Source: a virus. From it: DNA of 64,000 nucleotides. Below, in pieces: positions 19,649 to 29,812 of the stretch. Made by a program: the position numbers and the translations under genes. Each line of letters starts with the position of its first letter. Positions within the stretch are counted from its first letter, which is position 1. The notes under the pieces were generated by a model that saw nothing but the letters and a program-made list of their open reading frames with translations, was not told the origin of the DNA and made no database searches. Location of the stretch: the IMG/VR virus record IMGVR_UViG_3300021087_000009, positions 1 to 64,000 of that record; one strand, written 5' to 3'.

Positions 19649-20174
19649 ATGAGAGCATTTCTTTAAAAGTTTGAGCGGCAAATCCAAAACAAATTTTCGA
19701 TTCTTCGGCCATATCATCTGTTAGCCGTTCACGTATTTTTGCTTTTAATGTATCAGGATCTTTAAATTTATATAATCTACCTTCTCCAGGTATAAATCCT
19801 GATATCATCCGCCCTCCACTTAAATCACCCATATGACGTGTATAGATATGTGCAAACAATTTTGTTTCATCGTCGGCAATGTTTGTAATATGATCTGTAT
19901 ACCGTTTAGTGACATCTAATAATGGTGCCGCTTCTTGATGTGTCCAAAGCTCTTTAAAATCTTCGTGGATTGCATGAGCTCTTCGAATGTCTGGTAAATC
20001 GTTTAATAAGCCCTTGGCCATTGCAAATGATTCAAGAACATTATACATAGGATGTTGATTAGCTAAAAATATCGCATACGTATCATCATGAATTTTACCC
20101 GACATTAAAACTTCTACAAATTCTTGCCGTTCTGCATTTTGGTGTACTTCTTTCGTTAAATCACGTAAACTCAT
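19629..20174 (-). CDS. hemO: Heme oxygenase
   Basis: LRDLTKEVHQNAE; AHIYTRHMGDLSGG. Confidence 0.9.
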   Translation of the reverse strand: MSLRDLTKEVHQNAERQEFVEVLMSGKIHDDTYAIFLANQHPMYNVLESFAMAKGLLNDLPDIRRAHAIHEDFKELWTHQEAAPLLDVTKRYTDHITNIADDETKLFAHIYTRHMGDLSGGRMISGFIPGEGRLYKFKDPDTLKAKIRERLTDDMAEESKICFGFAAQTFKEMLSYVRTKS

Positions 20175-20482
20175 TCCTTCTCCACTTTAATTTGTAAGGG
20201 GAAGCCGTGCGAGCGACTCAAATTAGTTGCTTCAACACCTTTTTGTTCTGCAATCTCGAATGTGTATAATCCAACTACTGCCGAACCTTCCTCATGTATT
20301 TTTACAGTTATATCTCTGGCCGTAGTATCTGAATGTTTAAAAATTGTTACGAGTACATCTATAACAAATTCCATAGGTGTGGCATTATCGTTAAGGAAAA
20401 TTACTTTATAGAGTGTAGGCTCATCAATTTTCTGTGTAATTTTTTCATCAATTGCTACGTCGTCCATAACATTACTTATCAT
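20171..20482 (-). CDS. clpS: ATP-dependent Clp protease adaptor ClpS
   Basis: YKVIFLND..TPMEFV..VL...F; IH.EG; EIAEQK; FPL. Confidence 0.92.
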   Translation of the reverse strand: MISNVMDDVAIDEKITQKIDEPTLYKVIFLNDNATPMEFVIDVLVTIFKHSDTTARDITVKIHEEGSAVVGLYTFEIAEQKGVEATNLSRSHGFPLQIKVEKE

Positions 20483-20515
20483 CGGTAATCTCCTTAAGGT
20501 GTTTTAGTGACGGTC

Positions 20516-22405
20516 TTATGGTTTATCTACTTCTTCAAATTCTGCATCAACGATATCTTCTTTTTTATCTTCTGATTTAGAATCTTCAGATTTAGTTTCT
20601 TCCTGTTGACTCTTATATATAGCTTCTCCAAGTTTCATAGATGCTTCACTTAGACTTTGGGTTTTTGCTTTAATCACTTCAGCATCAGTACCTTTAAGTG
20701 CTTCTTTTAAATCATTAATTGCTGTTCCGATAGCAGTTTTATCTTCATCTGATATCTTATCGCTATGTTCTTCTAATGATTTTTCGGTAGCAAAAACAAG
20801 TCCGTCAGCACTATTTCTAGCATCAACTTCTTCACGTTTCTTTGTATCTGCTTCTTTATTGGCTTCTGCATCTTTTACCATGCTTTCAATTTCGGAATCG
20901 CTTAGTCCGCCTGATGCTTGGATTTGGATTGATTGTTCCTTACCTGTTCCTTTGTCTTTTGCAGAAACATTTACTATTCCATTTGCATCAATATCAAATG
21001 TTACTTCGATTTGAGGTACACCTCTTGGTGCTGGTGGAATATCGTTCAAGTCAAAATTTCCTAATAGCTTATTATCTGCGGCCATTTGTCGTTCACCTTG
21101 TGTAACTTTAATAGTAACAGATGGTTGATTATTTTCAGCAGTTGAAAACGTTTGACTTTTCTTTGTAGGAATTGTTGTATTCTTTTCTATAAGTGGTGTA
21201 GTTACACCGCCTAGTGTTTCAATACCTAGTGATAACGGTGTTACATCTAATAGTAGAACATCTGTTACATCGCCTTGAAGTACTCCGCCTTGAATAGCGG
21301 CTCCTATAGCAACTACTTCGTCTGGATTAACACTTTTATTTGGTGCTTTGCCAAAAAACTTTTCAACAACTTCAAGTACTTTAGGCATTCTTGTCATTCC
21401 ACCAACCATAACTACTTCATTAATTTGATTAGCTTTGTATCCAGAATCTTTAAGAGCTGTTCTACATGGTTCAAGTGTACGTTGAATTAGTTTTTCAACC
21501 ATTGCTTCGTAATTAGCTCGTGTAATTTTTACGTTTAAGTGCTTAGGCCCACTAGCATCAGCAGTAATAAACGGTAAATTAACTTCTGTAGCTACAGTTG
21601 ACGAAAGTTCAATTTTAGCTTTCTCTGCCGCTTCTTTTAGGCGTTGCATTACTAGTTTATCTTGTAGTAGTTCAATACCTGATTCTTTTTTAAATTCACT
21701 CGCAATATAATCAATTAATGCTTTATCAAAGTCTTCACCACCTAAGGCAGTATCGCCATTAGTTGCTTTAACTTCAAATACTCCATCTCCAATTTCTAGG
21801 ATTGATACATCAAATGTACCGCCACCTAAATCATATACTGCAATTACGCCTGATTCTTTTTTATCTAATCCATAAGCAAGTGCGGCCGCTGTTGGCTCGT
21901 TAACAATACGTTCAACTTCAAGCCCTGCAATTTTACCTGCATCTTTAGTTGCTTGTCTTTGTGAATCATTAAAATATGCTGGAACTGTAATTACTGCTTT
22001 TGTAACTGGTGATCCTGTATATTTTTCTGCTGTTTCTTTCATTTTTTGCAATGTAAAAGCAGAAATCTGTGATGGTGAATATTCTTTATCTTTTAACTTA
22101 ACCCATGCATCGCCATTCTTAGCTTTAACAATTTTATATGGTGAATTTTTAATATCTTCTTTAAGACTTGGATCATTAAATTTTCTACCCATTAAACGTT
22201 TAATTGCAAAAACAGTATTTTCTGGATTTGATACTGCTTGTCTTTTTGCGGCTGAACCAACAAGTTGTCCTTCGTCAGTTACTCCTACAATTGAAGGTGT
22301 TGTTCTTGTACCTTCTTCGTTCTCTACGACTTTACCTTCACTACCTTGCATAAGTGCTATACATGAATTGGTCGTGCCTAAGTCGATTCCAATAATTTTA
22401 CTCAT
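20516..22405 (-). CDS. dnaK: Chaperone DnaK (alphaproteobacterial type)
   Basis: [47 protein letters not shown]. Confidence 0.98.
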   Translation of the reverse strand: MSKIIGIDLGTTNSCIALMQGSEGKVVENEEGTRTTPSIVGVTDEGQLVGSAAKRQAVSNPENTVFAIKRLMGRKFNDPSLKEDIKNSPYKIVKAKNGDAWVKLKDKEYSPSQISAFTLQKMKETAEKYTGSPVTKAVITVPAYFNDSQRQATKDAGKIAGLEVERIVNEPTAAALAYGLDKKESGVIAVYDLGGGTFDVSILEIGDGVFEVKATNGDTALGGEDFDKALIDYIASEFKKESGIELLQDKLVMQRLKEAAEKAKIELSSTVATEVNLPFITADASGPKHLNVKITRANYEAMVEKLIQRTLEPCRTALKDSGYKANQINEVVMVGGMTRMPKVLEVVEKFFGKAPNKSVNPDEVVAIGAAIQGGVLQGDVTDVLLLDVTPLSLGIETLGGVTTPLIEKNTTIPTKKSQTFSTAENNQPSVTIKVTQGERQMAADNKLLGNFDLNDIPPAPRGVPQIEVTFDIDANGIVNVSAKDKGTGKEQSIQIQASGGLSDSEIESMVKDAEANKEADTKKREEVDARNSADGLVFATEKSLEEHSDKISDEDKTAIGTAINDLKEALKGTDAEVIKAKTQSLSEASMKLGEAIYKSQQEETKSEDSKSEDKKEDIVDAEFEEVDKP

Positions 22406-22429
22406 AGTTCTTTTCTCCCGTTATTAAAA

Positions 22430-22463
22430 CTGGGTGCGAACTAAATTCTAATCCGCACCCAAT
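22430..22463 (-). terminator. Hairpin between hsp20 and dnaK
   Basis: TGGGTGCG...CGCACCCA inverted repeat. Confidence 0.45.
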
Positions 22464-22466
22464 ATT

Positions 22467-22928
22467 TTATTTTATTGTAATTGTTCTTGGTTTTTTGTTT
22501 TCTGGAATTATACGTTCTAATGTTACACGTAAAAGTCCATCCTTTAATTCAGCGCCTTTAATTTCTACATCATCAGCAATCGTAAAGGACTTTGAAAAGA
22601 ACCTTTTAGAAATACCTTTGTGTAGAACACCGCCATTAATATCTTCTTGATCAGTCTTAGCTTGAGCATTAGTATTAGATTTAACTGTTAGCATACCATC
22701 TTCGTATGCAACATCAATATCCTTTTTACTAAAGCCAGCCAAAGCTAATTCAAGATCGTAGGTGTAATCACCTGTCTTTACAATATTGTATGGTGGATAG
22801 TTGGCGTTACCATTAAAGAAATGATCGTCTCCCATCATTTTTTCAAAATGATCGAATACGTTATCAAAACCAATTGTAACGGGTCTTAGTTGATTAAAGA
22901 GTGATAGGGGTGTTAATTGTCTAGTCAT
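22467..22928 (-). CDS. Small heat-shock protein Hsp20/IbpA
   Basis: NYPPYNI, ELALAGF, LHKGIS.R.F, A.LKDGLL; start after SD AAGGAG. Confidence 0.93.
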   Translation of the reverse strand: MTRQLTPLSLFNQLRPVTIGFDNVFDHFEKMMGDDHFFNGNANYPPYNIVKTGDYTYDLELALAGFSKKDIDVAYEDGMLTVKSNTNAQAKTDQEDINGGVLHKGISKRFFSKSFTIADDVEIKGAELKDGLLRVTLERIIPENKKPRTITIK

Positions 22929-23061
22929 AGCTTTTTCTCCTTTTATTAAGCAAGTTAAATGTAAAAGTCCCTCTATCGGCAACTCTTACAACGTATGTAT
23001 TTATCATCTTAGTATATAATATAAGCACTTTTAGGCTAAAATGCAAGTATAAATCTAACCA

Positions 23062-24111
23062 TTATACATTAAATGGCGTAAAAACATTGTTTACTTGTTG
23101 ATTTACTCTTACAAACGTAGTACATTTACACATATCTTTAATACGTCTTGCTCCAATATATGTACAAGTACTACGAACTCCGCCTAGTATTTCTATTAGG
23201 GTATCGTTAACAGGACCTTTATGGGGAATACTTACAACTTTGCCTTCAGCACCACGATATCCATCTTTTCTTGATCCATGAATTCGCATAGCCGCATCTG
23301 AACTCATTCCGTAAAATTCTACTTTGCCGTCTACAATTTCACCTTCTGATTCATCATGACCTGCTAACATTCCACCTAACATTACAAAGTGTGCTCCAGC
23401 ACCAAATGCCTTAGATACGTCACCTGGGTGTACGCATCCACCATCAGCAATTACGTGTCCACCAATACCATTGGCCGCATCAGCACATTCAATAATTCCA
23501 GATAACTGTGGAACACCAACACCTGTTTGTAATCGTGTAGTGCATACTGATCCTGGACCAATTCCACACTTAATAACATCTGCACCACGTAATAGTAATT
23601 CTTCTGTCATTTCACCAGTAATAACATTACCAGCAATTATAGTTTTGTCAGGATATTCGTCACGTAGTCTTGCAACAAAGTCTCCGTAATTTTCATGATA
23701 TCCATTTGCAACATCTACACAAATAAAAGGTATATCAGGATACTTAGATAATACTGTTTTCATTGTTAGATAGTCAGGTGCTTCTGGATCCCATATAACA
23801 CCTGTACCGGTACAAACACTTAGGTATTTCATTTTTACACCGTTACCGATTGCTTTTTCCCAGTCATCAATATTATAATGTTTACGAAGTACTGTAATCA
23901 TTTGGTGCTCTTGTAGTACTTTTGCCATTTCAAATGTACCTACACCATCCATGTTTGACGACATAATAGGAATACCAGACCATTCTTTACCGCTGTTTAA
24001 AAATTTAAACGATCTTTGTAACTCCACGTCTCTTCGACTTGTTAGTGTACTTCTTTTTGGTTTAAATAAAACATCACTATAGTCTAGTTTAATGTCCTGA
24101 TCAATTCTCAT
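23062..24111 (-). CDS. guaC: GMP reductase
   Basis: KLDYSDVL..PKRSTL.SR, NMDGVGTF, GIGPGSVCTTR, FYGMSS. Confidence 0.95.
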   Translation of the reverse strand: MRIDQDIKLDYSDVLFKPKRSTLTSRRDVELQRSFKFLNSGKEWSGIPIMSSNMDGVGTFEMAKVLQEHQMITVLRKHYNIDDWEKAIGNGVKMKYLSVCTGTGVIWDPEAPDYLTMKTVLSKYPDIPFICVDVANGYHENYGDFVARLRDEYPDKTIIAGNVITGEMTEELLLRGADVIKCGIGPGSVCTTRLQTGVGVPQLSGIIECADAANGIGGHVIADGGCVHPGDVSKAFGAGAHFVMLGGMLAGHDESEGEIVDGKVEFYGMSSDAAMRIHGSRKDGYRGAEGKVVSIPHKGPVNDTLIEILGGVRSTCTYIGARRIKDMCKCTTFVRVNQQVNNVFTPFNV

Positions 24112-24686
24112 TGTTTAACTCCGTAATTAAATGATACTACAAGACGATTTTTATCGCTATTGTTCATTGTTGTTGCATGTTTAATCCAGCTTGGAAAGAT
24201 TAGCATTAATCCTGCTTGAGGTTTATATGTTGCTAATTTTGTTGTAATATTATTGTATAGATCTAATGTAGGCAAGTAGTAACTTGATTCATCATCTCTA
24301 AAAAACTGTACGTCACCCATATTATCTTCTGGTATATTAACAAAAAATAGTCCACTTAATAGTGAGCCAGGATTATTATGTTGCGTATTATATGTTCCTG
24401 GTCCGCCATCATGAAGACGAAATTCTTTTAACGCAACTGCTGGGAATCCTATACTTTTGCATACATGATCTACAGCTTTATCAAGTTCTGATTGGAAAGC
24501 TCCCATCATTAGTTTTTTGTCAAGCTCTAAGTCGTCAAAATTAGACATAGCTTCACTGCACCATTCATTAGAGTTATCATCTCCTTTTAAATTAGACGCA
24601 GTTACTTTTAAGAAGTCTAAATTTATATCTTCATTTATTCCTGCAAAGATTATACTAGGAAACCATAGATCAGCTTTTAGTTCCAT
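24108..24686 (-). CDS. TIGR02466-like 2OG-Fe(II) oxygenase (HxH ligand appears changed to HNN)
   Basis: LIFPSW..H, R...SFN. Confidence 0.7.
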   Translation of the reverse strand: MELKADLWFPSIIFAGINEDINLDFLKVTASNLKGDDNSNEWCSEAMSNFDDLELDKKLMMGAFQSELDKAVDHVCKSIGFPAVALKEFRLHDGGPGTYNTQHNNPGSLLSGLFFVNIPEDNMGDVQFFRDDESSYYLPTLDLYNNITTKLATYKPQAGLMLIFPSWIKHATTMNNSDKNRLVVSFNYGVKQ

Positions 24687-24929
24687 TTACCAGCCTACCT
24701 TTTCTTGACGAGCTTTTATCATTTTTTCATATCTTGCTTTGCCGACCGCTTTAGCTTTTGCACGTTTTTCACTAGGCTTAGTATAAAATTGTCTTTCTTT
24801 TAATTCATTCATTAAGCCATCTTCTATAATTTTCTTTTTGAGTTTCCTAAGAGCACCTTCTACGTTTCCGTTTTTAACAAAGACTTCTAAACCTTTGCCT
24901 TGTGGATAGCTATTGTTGTTCTTTCGCAA
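24687..24929 (-). CDS. rpsU: Ribosomal protein bS21 (copy 2)
   Basis: V.VKNGNVEGALRKLKKK...G...ELKERQFYTKPSEKR. Confidence 0.9.
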   Translation of the reverse strand: MRKNNNSYPQGKGLEVFVKNGNVEGALRKLKKKIIEDGLMNELKERQFYTKPSEKRAKAKAVGKARYEKMIKARQEKVGW

Positions 24930-25323
24930 AATAATTTACTCCTTCAGCAATTTGCTTAATGTCAAACACTCTATTACTGTTTAATATATTATAAGCTCTA
25001 AGTGGGTGTGATGTCAAGTAGTATGTTTTATCAAAAGATAAAATATGTCCTACTAACCATTCTAGATTTTTAATATTATCAATATCGAGAATAACATAAT
25101 CTACTATGTGTACAATGTCGAGCAACCAATCTACATCTGTATCGCCATATCCTGATTCAGGATATTCTTCGTAAAGGTATAAGTTTACTGGCCGCTTAAC
25201 TTTCTTTATTACTTCATTAAATTGTTCTTTAGTAATAACGCTAGGGTTAATTAAAAGAAAACTTAATTCGGATGAATGTACTTTATCTGGTGATGTAATT
25301 AGCTTAATAGTTGGGTTTGCCAT
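24910..25323 (-). CDS. Hypothetical protein
   Basis: Operon context; TAAGTA upstream. Confidence 0.6.
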   Translation of the reverse strand: MANPTIKLITSPDKVHSSELSFLLINPSVITKEQFNEVIKKVKRPVNLYLYEEYPESGYGDTDVDWLLDIVHIVDYVILDIDNIKNLEWLVGHILSFDKTYYLTSHPLRAYNILNSNRVFDIKQIAEGVNYFAKEQQ

Positions 25324-25410
25324 ATCGTAATTACTTATTAGAATTTATTTTGTTCCAAACAGAATCTTGGTTCTGTTCAGAATTTTGAATGTATTGTTGA
25401 TTTGGTTCAA

Positions 25411-27393
25411 TTACTTCTGTGTATCTTCCGGTAATTCCCGTGTCGTCTGCTTTGTTTGTTTGTTGCTCACCTTTGTGTAGTAGTTTGTGCTTTCGAACTT
25501 TTTTTTTTGATCTTCTTCTTCCGCCGCCTTGTTTGCATTGTCAATAAAGTCGTTCCATTTATCTACACTATCAACTTCTTCCATTGCTTCGTCTAATTCA
25601 GTAGTAATTGGTTCTAACTCGTCTTGCATTGTTTCTGATTCTGTTTTTACTTGCTTCATACTTTGGTAATCTCCTTCCCAAGGAAAGTCTTCAATCTTAC
25701 CATTAAGATATGCAATCTTTTGTGTTTTAATTGTATCTTTGGGATGGTCTTCTTTCCATCGTGCTTTAGCTTTCTTCCAATCTTCATCATTAGCATCTAG
25801 TTTTCTGATCTCTGATTTTGATAGCTTAGGTTGAAATACTGGCTCAGGTTCAGTTAATGGTAATTCTAGTTGTGTTTCTTCTTCATTAATTTTTTCTAGT
25901 GCTTCTTCGACTTCTTCTTTAGAAATGTTATGCTCATCAGTTTCTTCAGTTGTTGGTTCCATATCATATGCTACTTCATCTTCGTCAAATGAGTCTTGTT
26001 TTTCAGAAAAATCAAATTCCATTTGTCTAGGATCTACATAATTTTCTTCTTCTGGTTCGTCCAATGGTAATTCTAGTTGTTCAGGTTCATGACTTAAATT
26101 TTTAGGAAGCTCAAGGTATTCTTTCTCTTCTTTATCATCAGTTATTGGTGTATCGTACATCCAATCCTGGTCTGAGATCTGTGGAAAGGAATTAGAATCG
26201 TCCTTTGGGTCGTCATCTGGATCTGGACCTTCATCATCGGGTCCTTCGTCATTAGGATCGTCATCCTTAGGATCTGGACTTAGAAGAAGTTTTTCTTTTC
26301 TAAATTGGAATGTATATTGACTTGCTATTAGTAATAGTACTGCTAATGGATCGAATACAAATATTATAACAATAATAACCCAACGAACAGCTCTTTCTAA
26401 TAAATCTGCATCAGATTCTTGTCCGTAAATAAATTCAGCAATATATTTAATAGGTCCTACGTCTGCTTCTAATTGTCTAAATTGTTTTTCAAAAACTGCT
26501 TTTTCTTCTCTAGCATTATCTACTTTAACTTGCTCTTTGTCTATAAATGCTTCTAAGTCTGTTATACGTCCGTCAATGTCTTCTGTTTTTGCGTTAGCTT
26601 GACTACGAAGTTTTTGGATACGATCATTAATAGATTTAATCTCTTCTGCATAACGAGAATCAATCGCTATTAATGTTTCATTTAATCTTTTATTAATATT
26701 TCGAATTTCACGTTGGGCTGAACTGGCAACAGATAATTCATTTGCTTTAGCTTCTTCTACTGCTTTATCATACTGATCGCCGCCACCAAATGTTGAATCT
26801 TCTAGTCTATCTTTTGCGGCCTTAATATCTTGGAATTTACGTAATTGAGCTTGTTTTAGTCTTTCATTTTGGAGTTCAATTTCTGTTGCTGTAACTTTTT
26901 TAGCTGAGTCCTTTTCTTCATTAATTCTTTTATATAGTTTATCTAATTCTGCTTGTTCTTTTTCAATTAACGTATCTACCCGAATATCTTCGCCTTTCAT
27001 TAAGCGATCAATTTCGTCAGTCCAGCGAGTTACTTTTGCTTGTGAACGTATTAGTTTATCGTTGATTGTTTCAATTTGAGCTGTTTGCTCTATGCTCATG
27101 CTTGTTTGTTCAATATGGGCTTTGGATAGATAACCAAAGATACCCATTGAAGTAATGAACATTAAAATAACTACGGCAATAGCAAGATAAGTTTTTAACC
27201 ACCAAACTGCTTGATCCCAATAACGATGAAGCCAAACAGCAGTAACTAGTTTACCAACTTCTAATGATACACCCATGATAATAATGGGTACGACAGCCGC
27301 CGCAAAAATTGCCGCCAATCCGGCGACACTATAGTAAATTGCTACTGCACTAATCGTTAATGCAGACAAGAATGTTAGAATTGCTAAAAACAT
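25411..27393 (-). CDS. Membrane-anchored coiled-coil protein with acidic tail; candidate -1 frameshift extension to 25331
   Basis: N-terminal TMs, SMGIFGYLSKAH, coiled coil, FVFDPLAVLL TM, A10G run at 25498-25508. Confidence 0.75.
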   Translation of the reverse strand: MFLAILTFLSALTISAVAIYYSVAGLAAIFAAAVVPIIIMGVSLEVGKLVTAVWLHRYWDQAVWWLKTYLAIAVVILMFITSMGIFGYLSKAHIEQTSMSIEQTAQIETINDKLIRSQAKVTRWTDEIDRLMKGEDIRVDTLIEKEQAELDKLYKRINEEKDSAKKVTATEIELQNERLKQAQLRKFQDIKAAKDRLEDSTFGGGDQYDKAVEEAKANELSVASSAQREIRNINKRLNETLIAIDSRYAEEIKSINDRIQKLRSQANAKTEDIDGRITDLEAFIDKEQVKVDNAREEKAVFEKQFRQLEADVGPIKYIAEFIYGQESDADLLERAVRWVIIVIIFVFDPLAVLLLIASQYTFQFRKEKLLLSPDPKDDDPNDEGPDDEGPDPDDDPKDDSNSFPQISDQDWMYDTPITDDKEEKEYLELPKNLSHEPEQLELPLDEPEEENYVDPRQMEFDFSEKQDSFDEDEVAYDMEPTTEETDEHNISKEEVEEALEKINEEETQLELPLTEPEPVFQPKLSKSEIRKLDANDEDWKKAKARWKEDHPKDTIKTQKIAYLNGKIEDFPWEGDYQSMKQVKTESETMQDELEPITTELDEAMEEVDSVDKWNDFIDNANKAAEEEDQKKKFESTNYYTKVSNKQTKQTTRELPEDTQK

Positions 27394-27475
27394 TTGTTCT
27401 CCCTATACTACTAGGGAGACCACTCTCCCCAATACTATATTTATCTGTGGGATTAAACGTAATAATATGGTTAGA

Positions 27476-27925
27476 TTACTGTTTAATAAACCGCCAGCCT
27501 CTATGTCCTGTTTCTTTACACGCTGTTTCCTTAAAATCACGCATTTTACCCTTGTATTGTAGTCTAGATAGTACAGTTCTACAATATCCACTCCCCATTG
27601 GAAATGTTGACATAACTGTTATTGTACCAGTTGTTCCTGTGTTGTTATTATACCAATTAGATGATTCACCGTTGTCAATATTATCTAAGGCAAAGTAGAT
27701 AGCTTGTTCTTGTTGCTGTCTATCTTCATCAGGTAGTCTGTACCATTGCCATTTAGTAAAATTGGCTATAAGACCTACATAGCTATCAGCTGGTTGATAT
27801 GTTGATTGTACACTAGAAACTGTACTTGTACTAGTATCGTACGTTCTTTTAGAACCACCGCTTGTACAAGCAGTCAAACTAGTTATGATAAGGAGACTGC
27901 ACAATATACCATCGCGAAGTTTCAT
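27476..27925 (-). CDS. Lipoprotein, 17-kDa surface-antigen (RT0821/Lpp0805-like) family
   Basis: LTAC lipobox; W.N..TG..G, CR, TAC...G..W. Confidence 0.75.
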   Translation of the reverse strand: MKLRDGILCSLLIITSLTACTSGGSKRTYDTSTSTVSSVQSTYQPADSYVGLIANFTKWQWYRLPDEDRQQQEQAIYFALDNIDNGESSNWYNNNTGTTGTITVMSTFPMGSGYCRTVLSRLQYKGKMRDFKETACKETGHRGWRFIKQ

Positions 27926-28238
27926 AGTCTTTTCCTTTCATTAAACAGGCGTATCCTATCCGATCAACACTTCGTCCACCCAATTGTGAAGTATATATAA
28001 ACGATCGACATTGTTTTCCTACACCCATTTTAGGTGGTAGAAGTTTTTTAACTGCATTATCAGTACATTTAGTTACTTGCACTGAATCCAACTTGCCGTT
28101 CTTTTCAACTATAACTTTATCGTTTTCACAATATTGGTGACCAGCTTCTTCTAGTGTAAGTTTTTTAGTAGAGCTACACGCATTTACTAAAATACATACC
28201 GTACTGATGAGTAGTAATTTATAAAATGGGTTGTCCAT
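27879..28238 (-). CDS. Cys-rich lipoprotein
   Basis: VNAC lipobox; start at MDNPF after GGAG. Confidence 0.6.
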   Translation of the reverse strand: MDNPFYKLLLISTVCILVNACSSTKKLTLEEAGHQYCENDKVIVEKNGKLDSVQVTKCTDNAVKKLLPPKMGVGKQCRSFIYTSQLGGRSVDRIGYACLMKGKDYETSRWYIVQSPYHN

Positions 28239-28292
28239 TATAAACTCCAATTAAAGTTAGAATTATATTATGAAATAGATAAGAGTCTAACA

Positions 28293-28850
28293 TTAGTCTA
28301 TGCTTTTAGCTGACTTGTTAATACTATTAGTATCTATTTTGGTACTCTTAGCCTTAGCTTCAGTTACCAACGAATCAATAATACTCTTCTCAACTTTAAC
28401 CATTACAAAATAATGATATACACCATTTCTTTTATATAAGTAGCCGTCGTTTTGAGAGTAGTGTCTTACTGCGGTATCGGTAATTTTGTTAACGATAAGC
28501 ATCTGACTTTGAGTTGAACTTGTTAGTGATTCCTCACTACCAGCATCGTTATACTCAATAGTAGTTCGCTTGTTAACTTCACCGTTAATTCGATCAGCAA
28601 TTTTGGTTTTTGCTATTTGTGTAGCTTTATCATAAGCCGCTTCTTTAAAGCCACTTACTGATCCACCACAAGCATAGTAGTAATCTTTACTCCACCAAAA
28701 ATAACCTTCTGATCCGGTGTCTTTACAGTTCATGTACCAATTTGGTACAACATCGTTTTCACGTTCTACAACGTGTGTTACTGTACTACAGGCAGAAATG
28801 GTTAATGCTAATGCACCACACATTAATGCTGTTTTTAGATTGCCTTTCAT
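28293..28850 (-). CDS. LPP20-like lipoprotein
   Basis: ISAC lipobox, VPNWY, A..KA...AK..IA; SD GGAGG. Confidence 0.65.
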   Translation of the reverse strand: MKGNLKTALMCGALALTISACSTVTHVVERENDVVPNWYMNCKDTGSEGYFWWSKDYYYACGGSVSGFKEAAYDKATQIAKTKIADRINGEVNKRTTIEYNDAGSEESLTSSTQSQMLIVNKITDTAVRHYSQNDGYLYKRNGVYHYFVMVKVEKSIIDSLVTEAKAKSTKIDTNSINKSAKSID

Positions 28851-28999
28851 TTTAGCCTCCATAAGGTAGTTTTCATTATGTAAACATTATAACAAACATT
28901 TTTCCAAAGGTCAAGCATAAAATAAAAAAAGGTTTACCAAAATATTGGATATTGGTATGGTTGTCATAACTTTCATCATGTAAGTATAATACACTATAC

Positions 29000-29809
29000 T
29001 TAGATAGAAGTCAACCTTCGTTTCGCCAATTTCAAACAACTAAATTTTTCAAGTATTTTAATAACAATAAAGGTAGGATCAATTTCAAATGCTTTAACTC
29101 TGTTATTAGCACGTTTTGGATCTGCATGATGATTATTATGCCAACCTTCGCCATAACTTAATATTGCACTCCACCAACAGTTTGTAGATCTATCAAAATC
29201 TAATTTAAAGTTTTTATATCCAAATATATGACAAGCACTATTAACAAACCAAGTAGAATGGTAAACTAATACTAAGCGAACAAATATTCCCCATACTACC
29301 CAAGATACTCCACCAAGTAGATAAAAAAGAATTGCCAATCCGATTTGTAATGATATAAATTGTTTTTCTAAAAATTGATAATAACGGTTACCACTTATGT
29401 CTCTAGCAAATTTAGTTATTCTCGCAGGATGATCAAATTTATGTTGAGTATAGCACATCCACCCTATGTGTGACCACCAAAAGCCTTCACTAGCATTATG
29501 TGGATCCATTAAAGTATCTGATCCTCCATGATGCATTCTATGATGAGCTACCCACTTAATTGGACCATTTTGACAAGCCAATGTTCCAATAGTTATAATA
29601 ATATAATCTAACCATTTTGGAAGTATTACTGCTCGGTGTGTTAAGTATCGATGAAATCCTAAACATATTCCAACTGAAGCTGTGAGCCAATGCATAAAGA
29701 TCATTAAGGCTACTGCACTCCAACAGAAAGTACTAGGAATAAAGGCTAAAAGTGCGCCTAGGTGAATGAATATAAAAAATGCTATTACAGTCTTATTTGA
29801 TCTTCGCAT
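29000..29809 (-). CDS. desC: Delta-9 acyl-lipid fatty acid desaturase (DesC-like)
   Basis: His boxes HRYLTH, HRMHH, HNNHH; GFWWSH. Confidence 0.88.
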   Translation of the reverse strand: MRRSNKTVIAFFIFIHLGALLAFIPSTFCWSAVALMIFMHWLTASVGICLGFHRYLTHRAVILPKWLDYIIITIGTLACQNGPIKWVAHHRMHHGGSDTLMDPHNASEGFWWSHIGWMCYTQHKFDHPARITKFARDISGNRYYQFLEKQFISLQIGLAILFYLLGGVSWVVWGIFVRLVLVYHSTWFVNSACHIFGYKNFKLDFDRSTNCWWSAILSYGEGWHNNHHADPKRANNRVKAFEIDPTFIVIKILEKFSCLKLAKRRLTSI

Positions 29810-29812
29810 ATA

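Noticed and set aside
20516-24111. Cellular (bacterial chromosome) origin suggested by dnaK and guaC
   Set aside because: These genes are interleaved with virion genes and T4-type late promoters, and lack the usual operon partners.
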